DNA from: Flaccisagitta enflata
Lineage: Eukaryota
Length of the DNA: 64,000 nt
Direction: 5' to 3'
Assembly: GCA_965153355.1 (NCBI GenBank)
Contig: OZ231126.1
Coordinates: 2,666,001 to 2,730,000 of the forward strand
Both the position numbers and the translations under genes were made by a program. Below, piece after piece: positions 55,600-64,000 of this stretch. The first letter of the stretch is position 1, and each line of letters starts with the position of its first letter. Below the pieces are notes generated by a model. That model was not told where the DNA came from and ran no database searches. It was given only the letters and a program-made list of their open reading frames with translations.

Positions 55600-56472
55600 C
55601 CATAAAATTATCCATTTTTGACCAAAAATCTGTTTTGACATGTGCTATGTGAGCCCTTTCATACTAATTCAAAGAATCATTCTTCAAATTGCATGCTTTG
55701 TACAGTAAAATGATCTTAAATTGGCAAAATTTTCAAGCAAAATCTTAGAGAAGAGTAAGAATTATTTTAATGAGGTATCTTTACTGTATAATTACTGACA
55801 CAGTTTGTATAATATGGTCAAATTTTTTTCGAGAGGCTGTTCATATCTATCTGACACTAGTATAAAACTTTTTTGCCATATGATTTTTAGCATTTTGGAT
55901 GTCTTTGTCAAGTACCTTTTAAAAAATGTCAGCTGACAATTGAATTTCAAAAAATAGGATATTTTATTTTGAAAAATTCATTTGGGGTACTTCCCATTGA
56001 AGTAAAGTCATGAAATTTGAATGGTAGTCAAAGGAAGCATTTAACCTTAAGCATTTCAAATTTCGTAACAATCGGTGGATTTTAAGTATCAATTTTGTGA
56101 GTTTTTCTATTCCAAATTGCAAAATTTGAAGTTTTTGAAAAAAACATTTTTCATCCCCTAAATAACAAATCTTGAACACAGATGAATATTTTGCATTTTT
56201 GAAAACATCAGACCCGAGATAATGTAATTTACTAGGGTCTGATGTTTTTGTTTTTTTCATTTTTTAAATTTCTATGCAAATTTGTTATTTAGGGTGCACC
56301 TATGTCAGATTTAACAGAAATATGAAAAAAAGGATGTTTTTTGTTAAGAGTTTTAAATGGAGTTGGACAACATTACTTTATAATGAGGCACTTCCTGGTG
56401 AAGAAAAGTCATCAAATTTTTATGGTAGTTAAATGAAGCAACAAACCACCTGCATGTCAATTTTCATTACTA

Positions 56473-56714
56473 CACCTTGATCTGGGGGCTGAGAAAAACC
56501 CGAGATGAATCTCAATAGCTTAAATTACATGAAAAGCATACTTCTAGTTGCCCCAGTGGGATGAAATTTTACATGAAGAAAGCCGATGGTTTTGCAGAGC
56601 TTCAGTTAAAATTTCATCTCACTGGGTTAACTAGAAGTATGCTTTTCATGTAAATTAAGCTATTGAAACACGCTAGATTCATCTCGGTTTTTTCTCAGCC
56701 CCCAGATCAAAGTG
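56473..56714. mobile_element. Foldback MITE with CAC termini and 5-bp TSD (Transib/RAG-like), copy 2, opposite orientation
   Basis: Left end CACCTTG-12-AGAAAAACC; right end CACTTTG-12-AGAAAAAAC. TSD TACTA (56468-56472 / 56715-56719). Confidence 0.85.
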
Positions 56715-57029
56715 TACTATATGAAGTGACATATATCATTAGGTGAATTATTTGTTTTTGGTAAAAAACATGGTGATTTTTTTGCTCTTGGCGAAACTGA
56801 AGTGTCACAATAATTTTCATTGTGTCATAATTCCATTACCACATCTTTAAATGCCCACGTGAGGCCATGAGGTAGCACTCTTTCTCTCGCCACCCCCTCC
56901 CCCTCCTAATTTACAACGATCAAAAAGTTTTTAAACAAAAGATGAACAAAAGCCACCGCCTTTGCTACTTCCCAAAAATCCCGCCACAGCAACCGAGCGC
57001 TATCAACCACCAAACTAATATTCTAGAAC

Positions 57030-57240
57030 AAAATGACAAAAAAACGCGCGCCTGTGATTCGTTGCCTTTGTTTTGCCAAAACAGTTGAGACTGTTTCTCC
57101 ACTGCTGATTCCCGTTTTGTTTTCTTTCATGGCTGCTTTCTGGGAAGAAAAGAAGCAACGCTGTTTTTCCTCAAAATCGACTCATTCAAAAAATTTTCTG
57201 CGATTATCTAAGCATTAGTGAACCTTGTCGGGAGGTCAAG
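57030..57240 (+). other. Probable non-coding 5' exon of the MADS-like gene (start approximate)
   Basis: Consensus donor AAG|GTAAGT at 57240/57241 in unique sequence. The next strong acceptor is at 58235, one base before the ATG. Confidence 0.5.
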
Positions 57241-58236
57241 GTAAGTAATTGGAGTGATGTGATGATAGATTATTCCATTGATTCATCATGTGATTTCATT
57301 TTTGGTCATTTTAGTCACGTGCACTTAAGTGGTTCATACTTCTTATTTAAGATGGACTCTAGTGGGTTGATCGTGTCATTTCTGAGTCAGTGTGACAGTC
57401 TGTCCGTTGGTCATTCTTCTACACCATAATCGTCTGTCCATCTGACACGCTTTTGGTAAACCATTTTATTGACATTGCGTTGGGGTCTTGAACCTTGGAA
57501 TTTGATCATGTGGATGGATATGCCCCTCAAAACATCAAAATTCGCATTTCTTTGACTTTTGTCCGTCGCGATCTGTTCGTCTGTCTGTTTGCATGTCTGT
57601 ACCACACTTTTTACTTCATTGGCAACTAATAATAAGCAAGCACTTTCACACGGAAAAGAATTGACGTGAAATCATATATAGAGAAGGAAAAAAAAAAGGA
57701 ATGAAAGAGAAAATGAGTAGAAAAGAAGGGAAGAACAAGTGACGCGGGGTCACAATATCGTTGCGGACGGGTGGGCATGGGCATCCAAACCCTATCCTAA
57801 TACACACACTCAAACATACGCAAAAAGTATTCAAAAGCACTCGTTTTTCCCACTTTTTGACTTGTGCTGACAAACAGACCGACAGACCAACGGATGGACG
57901 GACAAAGCCTCTTACAGAGTTGCGTGTCCGCAACTGAAAAGCAAGACAGTGAGACAGACAGAGAGAAATGTAGAAAAAGCTGCAATGTATCGACAACAAC
58001 AACGACGACGACGACGACGACGACAGTATGGGAAACTTCCACTCCTTCCAAGTGGCAACAACAACAACAACAACGACGACTACGACAATGACTACAAAAA
58101 CAATGAAAATAAAAATACCAATAAAAATAAAATTAACGACATAAAAAGCAGCGGCGGCATCCGTGACAGTAAACAACAACAAACACTTCTCACCTCCCCC
58201 CCCTCTCCCTTTTCCTCTTTTTCTTTTTCTTGTAGG

Positions 58237-58418
58237 ATGGCTACTTCCCAGAGTTTGTTGGGCCTCGTGTCTCAGCTTCATAACATGGACGAAGTTGTCA
58301 ACACAACTTTGATGGAGTTGGCGCTAAAACTGTCTTCACTCACAGACGCCAGCATTTTTCTGTTGATTGAGACTCAAGAAGGGAGAAGATTCGCGGGAAA
58401 AAGACATCTCTGTGACGC
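58237..58418 (+). CDS. First coding exon: divergent MADS-box-like (dimerisation half) domain protein
   Basis: Pyrimidine tract plus tag|G-ATG; MATSQSLLGLVSQLHNMDEVVNTTLMELALKLSSLTDASIFLLIETQEGRRFAGKRHLCD(A)|gtaagt; phase 2. Confidence 0.8.
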
Positions 58419-58431
58419 GTAAGTTGTTGTT

Positions 58432-58525
<94 letters not shown>

Positions 58526-58718
58526 CTTCACTGATGAGTGTATTTTCCTGCACATAGAATGATTCGTGGGGAAAAGACATCTCTATGATGCGAAAGTTAT
58601 GGGGTAGTTGTTGTTGTTGTTGTTGTTGTTGTTGTCTTCACTCACTGATGAGTGTATTTTCCTGCACATAGAATGATTTGTGGGGAAAAGACGTCTCTAT
58701 GATGCAAAAGTTATGGGG

Positions 58719-58756
<38 letters not shown>

Positions 58757-59576
58757 GCTGCTGCTGTTATTTTCGTTCTTTTCTTGTTTATGTTGGTAGA
58801 AATAAAGGGAAACGATTCGCCGAGAAGAGGCATGTCTTTGACGCTTCAGTTGGTCGGAAATGTTTTTGTTGTTGTCGTTTCTGTTACTTGTTGATGCCGT
58901 TGTTGTTTTGTTGTTATTGTTGTTGATGTTGTTGTTGTCGTTACCGTTGTAGAAAGGGGTGAAGATAGACTCTTCGCCAGGAAATGATATCTGGTATTCG
59001 GAAGGTGTTGTTGTTGTTTTGGAACACGTAAGATGCTCCGCTCGCTTACGGGATTCGTACGGAAGCTTCTCCGGTGGCGGCGGCGGCGGCGGTATTGTAG
59101 AAGGAGAAGTCCGCTCGTCGGCCGCGCCGCTCGATAGATAACGGATCTCTACCGGCCGTCCAGCCGGTCTGTATGACGTTCGAATATCGGTATAAGATGC
59201 GGGAATTTCGGGTCTCTAGTAGGCCGCAAAACAGTCACGATTTTGGTGGATACGCGCGCGAATTTGGCACTTGATAAGTAGGGGTCAAATCAGTTTAAAG
59301 GACGTAAAGAAAGCCGACAATACAAAATGCTGATGCTCCCTCAGAACCTTATATTGATACGAAAATGGGCGCAAAAATGAGTGGAAATGAGCACGAAAAT
59401 GAGTGTTGTTGTTATTGTTGTTATTTTGTTGTTGTTGTTGTTCTCTAGTTGTTGTTTTCTTCATTCTTTCCTTTTATTATTCATAGCTTGTCATCATTTT
59501 TCATCTTCTTTATCTTCATCTCATTCATCTCATTCATCTCATTCGTTATATGGGGCCCGTGGCGAATGCCCCCCAA

Positions 59577-59880
59577 TAGGGTGGTCCCGAATTGGGTCAA
59601 ATTTCATATATTGATATACTTGAGCCCTTTGCACAAATGCCCAATAAAAGAAGGATTTCTCACAAGCTGGGGTGTGAAATCAAACAAGAAACCTTGTCGG
59701 CAAAACTATAGGGTTGCTGTGGGGATTTTTTTACCATAGGAAGCCTATAGTTTTGCCGCCATGGTTTAATCTTCAAATTCAGACCTCTACTTGTGGGAGA
59801 ACCTTCTTTTTTGTTACATTTATGCAAAAAACTAGAGTATATCATTTTTTGAAATTTGACCCTATTTCGTGACCACCCTA
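59577..59880. mobile_element. hAT-like foldback MITE in intron
   Basis: TIR TAGGGTGGTC...GGGTCAAATTTC; perfect 8-bp TSD CCCCCCAA. Confidence 0.88.
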
Positions 59881-60061
59881 CCCCCCAACCGAGAGCAACC
59901 ATACCTGTTCTCTTCTGCTTCTTAATCTTTTTTTTTTCTTTTTCATTATAGATCAGTTGGTTTTTAACATTCTCCCCCCCCCCCTTCTTCCTCAGCTGTA
60001 AATCTCCGCCGTGTCAGCAATTTGCACTGAGTTACCTTTTTTATTTTTCTCCTATTTCCAG

Positions 60062-61011
60062 TTACACCCGCAACAGTTTGAGCCCCTTGGCCACGGACGT
60101 AGAATTGGAGTACGATCCGACCGTCAGCACTCTGCATCATCGACCCTCCAAGACGTCTTCAAACGAATTCTTCGCTCCGAGTCTCTTCGAAAATCAATCG
60201 CCGCATCAGCATCATAACCAGCAACAACAGCATCACAACCAGCTTCAACAGCAGCATCACAACCAGCTTCAACAGCAGCATACTCAACAACAGCATGGAC
60301 GCAACTCGTTGTCGAAACCGCATCTCAACGACCGTAAAAGGCCTCTCTCGCGATCACGATCTCCTTCCACGCCGCAGCAGCAGCATCAACAACAGCATCA
60401 GCAGCAGCAGTTGAAGCGGCAGAGGCTTTCTCAGGATGAGTTCAAGAATTGCCACGTCAAGCGAGAAGGCGGGAAAGTGGGGCAAGAGGAGGAGGAAGAG
60501 GAGGAAGTGAAAGTGGAGACGTTGACGGACGCCGACATTCGGATGGATCGGAGTGTCGGCGGCGATGACGCTGACAATCATGATGACAATCGTGATGACA
60601 ATGATGACGACATCGTCGTGGAAGATTTTCGATCTGCAAGGATTCATGGGGATCACGATGTCGGTGATGGTTGTGGTGGAAGCGGCAATGGTAGGGAGAA
60701 TGGTGGTGGCGGTGGTGGTGGTGGCGATAGAAGTGGCGATTTTAGTGGCAACAATTCTAGCCTCGCGCTTTCGTTGTTTGAGGGCGGTGGTGGCGGTGAC
60801 GTCAGCTTGTCTTCGGCGGCGACTTCTATCGGTCACGTGAGCGGCATTTTCGATAACGACCCTAAAAGATATCCCAATAAACTATCGGCTTTGGAAGGGT
60901 TTTCGTTGCCCGAGTTGGCAGGAGAACATCCGGTCGCGTCCAAGATCTTCAAATCATGTCTGTACGATTTCGCCAAAACTGTCGCATCGGATTTTGTGGC
61001 GTCTTTGCATG
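60062..61011 (+). CDS. Second coding exon: Q/H-rich, basic NLS-like, acidic and Gly-rich tracts, then the start of a folded C-terminal region; the gene continues past the window
   Basis: tttccag|T-TAC joins exon 1 in frame (CDA-YTRNSLSPLATDVELEYDP); 950 nt open; RKRP and LKRQR motifs; ends SLH-G|gtaagt. Confidence 0.85.
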
Positions 61012-61208
61012 GTAAGTATTTTTTATTGTTGCGTTGTTTACCGCGTATTGTTTTTCCACTGCCCTGCCACTTTAGTCGTATGCTACGCGACTCTACACCC
61101 CACTCTCCGCCCGTTTGTCCGTCAGTTGGTCGGTCCGCAAAATTTTACTTTTTTTTATGATTTTTATCTTTTGGTCTAGTGTATCCGGCCTTGTTTTAGT
61201 ACTTACCA

Positions 61209-61542
61209 CAGGCCTGTATATTGTTCTACATTCCTCCCCCCGGGGGGGGGGGGGGGGGGAAATAATCAAAGGGTTTGGAGATGGGGAAAAAATGTAAGAT
61301 GAAAAAAAAGAAAAAAAAAAGAAAATTTGGGGAAAATAAAACTTTTTGCAGTACGAAATCATAAAAACTCATTAGTAAAACACAATTTAACACTATCTAA
61401 TCCTTAAAAACATTGTTTTATTGTTATATGGGGAGGAAAATCATAGATTTTGTAACGCAACATGAAGCATTGCGGGGAAGAAAATCAAAGGCAGGGGGGG
61501 GGGGGAAATTAATCAAAGATCATAGAACTATATACATCCCTG
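61209..61542. mobile_element. hAT-like MITE (intact relative of the split element at 41292-44789)
   Basis: Ends CAGGCCTGTATA / TATACATCCCTG; perfect 8-bp TSD ACTTACCA. Confidence 0.88.
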
Positions 61543-61809
61543 ACTTACCAACACAGAAATTATCAGTCTATGTCTGTCAACTGATTTTATTTGTTTTACA
61601 TTTTATTTCTTTTTTTAGTCGCGGACAAGCGTGTTGGTCGGTATGTTAGTACATAGGAAATATTGTTAAATTGCGGCTCCAGCCCAACCGTCCGCGACTG
61701 TCTTGCCGTGTGTCCGGCCTTGTTTTTAGTCGCGTGCACGCGACTCTACACCTTGCCGTGTCGGTCGGTCGGTAGGTCGGTCGGTCCGTCACGTTTTTGA
61801 AATTATGAC

Positions 61810-62170
61810 TTTTTAAGGTTTTTTAAGGTATTTTAAAGTACTCTAGGGTATTTCAGGGTACTTTAGGGTACTTCAGGGTACTTTAGGGTACTTAAGTAAT
61901 TTTAGGTACTTAAGGTATTTTAGGGTACTTTCAGATACTTTTGGTTTTTTTAGGTACTTTTGAGTATTTTTGGGTGTTTTTGGGTACTTTTGGGTATTTT
62001 TGGGTATTTTTGGTCATTTTTAAGTTATTTTAGGTACTTAAGGTATTTTAGGGTACTTTCAGATACTTTTGGGTACTTTTTGGTATTTTTGAGTATTTTT
62101 GAGTATCTATGGGTATCTTTAGGTGTTTTTGGGTATCATAGGGTATTTTTGGGTATTTTGGGTATTTTGA
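61810..62170. repeat. Degenerate ~10-bp minisatellite (TTTAGGGTAC-like) inside a HINE
   Basis: Follows the HINE head at ~61725. Confidence 0.75.
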
Positions 62171-62314
62171 CAACTTTTTATTGGGCACTCGTTATAAGTT
62201 CAGAATGTAACTTTTTTTGGGACAGTCGTTATGTAATTTGAAGTTGTAGAATGAAGTTATGTAGTCCGAAGTTATGTAGTCCGAAGGGATCTTTAATACT
62301 ATTAAAGATCCCTT

Positions 62315-64000
62315 GTAAGTATGTAAGTATGTATGTATGTAAGTATGTAATTATCTAAGTACGTAAGTATGTAAGTATGTAAGTATGTAGGTTAGTATGT
62401 AAGTATGTAGGTAAGTATGTATGTAAGTATGTAAGTAGGTAAGTGTGTAAGTATGTGAGTATGTAGGTAAGTATGTAAGTATGTAAGTAAGTATGTAGGT
62501 ATGTAAGTATGTAAGTAAGTATGTAAGTATGTATGTAAGTATGTAAATATGTAGGTAAGTATGTAAGTATGTATGTATGTATGAAAGTATGTAAGTAAGT
62601 ATGTATGTATGTATGTATGTTTGTACGTATGTATGGAAATAAGTATGTATGTAAGTATGTATGTAAGTATGTAAGTATGTAAGTAAGTATGTAAGTATGT
62701 ATGTAAGTATGTATGTAGGTATATAAACATGTAAGTATGTAAGTATGTAAGTATGTAAGTAAGTATGTCAGTATGTATATAAGTATGTAAGTACGTAAGT
62801 ATGTCAGTATGTAGGTAAGTATGTAAGTATGTAGGTAAGTATGTAAGTAAGTATGTATGTAAGTATGTAAGTAGGTAAGTATGTAAGTATGTGAGTATGT
62901 ACCTAACTATGTAAGTATGTAATTATGTAAGTATGTAGGTATGTAAGTATGTAAGTAAGTATGTAAGTATGTGAGTGTGTAGGTAAGTATGTAGGTATGT
63001 AAGTATGTAAGTAAGTATGTAAGTAAGCATGTAAGTATGTGAGTATGTAGGTAAGTAGGTAAGTATGTAACTAATGTAAGTATGTAAGTATGTAAGTATG
63101 TAAGTATGCAAGTAAGTATGACAGTATGTAAGTACATAAGTATGTAAGTATGTATGTATGTAAGTAGGTAAGTAGGTAAGTATGTAAGTATGTATGTAAG
63201 TATGTAAGTAAGTATGTAGGTATGTAAGTATGTATGTATGTAAGTAAGAATGTAAGTATGTATGTATGTAAGTAAGAATGTAAGTATGTAAGTATGTATG
63301 TAAGTAAGAATGTAAGTATGTAAGTATGTATGTAAGTAAGAATGTAAGTATGTAAGTATGTAGGTAAGTATGTAAGTGTGCAGGTAAGTATGTAAGTGAG
63401 TAAGTATGTATGTAAGTATGTAAGTAGGTAAGTATGTAAGTATGTGAGTATGTATGTAAGTATGTAAGTAAGTATGTAGGTACAGTTAAACCCCGCAATA
63501 ACGAATGTCAAGGGACTAACAAATTTTATCCACTATAGCCGGATTTCCCTTATAGCCAACATAGAAATCAAAAGAAATTGATATGAAGGGACCATGTTCT
63601 TAGATTTGTTATAGGCGGATTTCCATTACTCTTGGATCCGTTATAGCGGGGTTTAACTGTATGTAAGTATGTAAGTAAGTATGAAAGTATGAAAGTATGA
63701 AAGTATGTAAGTATGTAAGTATGTAAGTATGTAAGTATGTGAGTATGTGAGTATGTGAGTATGTGAGTATGTGAGTATGTGAGTATGTAAGTATGTGAGT
63801 ATGTAAGTATGTGAGTATGTAGGTAAGTAAGTATGTAAGTACGTAAGTATGTATGTAAGTATGTAAGTAGGTAAGTATGTGAGTATGTAGGTATGTAAGT
63901 AAGTAAGTAAGTAAGTATGTAGGTAGGTAAGTAAGTATGTAAGTATGTAGGTATGTATGTATGAAAGTATGTAAGTAAGTATGTATGTATGTATGTATGT
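62315..64000 (+). repeat. Mosaic tetranucleotide array (GTAA/GTAT/GTAG/GTGA), open at window end
   Basis: Direct reading. Preceded by a perfect 14-bp hairpin (62284-62314). Confidence 0.97.
63483..63659. mobile_element. Tc1/mariner-like MITE (TA TSD) inside the array
   Basis: TA|CAGTTAAACCCCGC ... GCGGGGTTTAACTG|TA. Confidence 0.85.

Noticed and set aside
61012-61160. C-terminal 50 aa of the 360-aa ORF
   Set aside because: It reads through a consensus donor into HINE sequence, so it is intronic.
61810-62170. Plant-type TTTAGGG telomere
   Set aside because: ~10-bp period with TAC spacers inside a HINE, not tandem heptamers.

Overview
Repeat-dominated eukaryotic genomic DNA with spliceosomal introns. 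It is probably a non-arthropod animal (inferred from degenerate TTAGGG repeats and VWA/EGF exons); the species cannot be determined here. Almost every ORF in the supplied track is a microsatellite or transposon artefact. Left end: a 154/155-bp satellite with an 8-monomer (1235-bp) higher-order repeat, then mixed-polarity TTAGGG-like repeats. Real coding signal is spliced. (1) Four phase-compatible minus-strand exons (9591-6998) encode a VWA-EGF-VWA, matrilin-like segment. One intron looks like a transposon insertion that supplies its own splice sites (Introner-type). (2) A plus-strand gene (58237 to beyond 61011) has an N-terminus matching the dimerisation half of a MADS box but lacking the basic DNA-binding half. 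(3) A candidate two-exon secreted Gly/Arg-rich peptide precursor lies at 39864-39690 and 23311-23094. (4) A phase-consistent multi-exon pseudogene lies at 19457-22721. The rest is nested transposons: Helentron-type HINE elements, hAT-like MITEs with 8-bp TSDs, Tc1/mariner-like MITEs and a decayed 4.8-kb hAT-like transposon with a 7-bp TSD. Two copies of a foldback MITE have 5-bp TSDs and ends that read like V(D)J 12-RSS signals. The right end is a 1.7-kb intronic array of GTAAGTAT motifs. All calls are by eye; no database searches were run.
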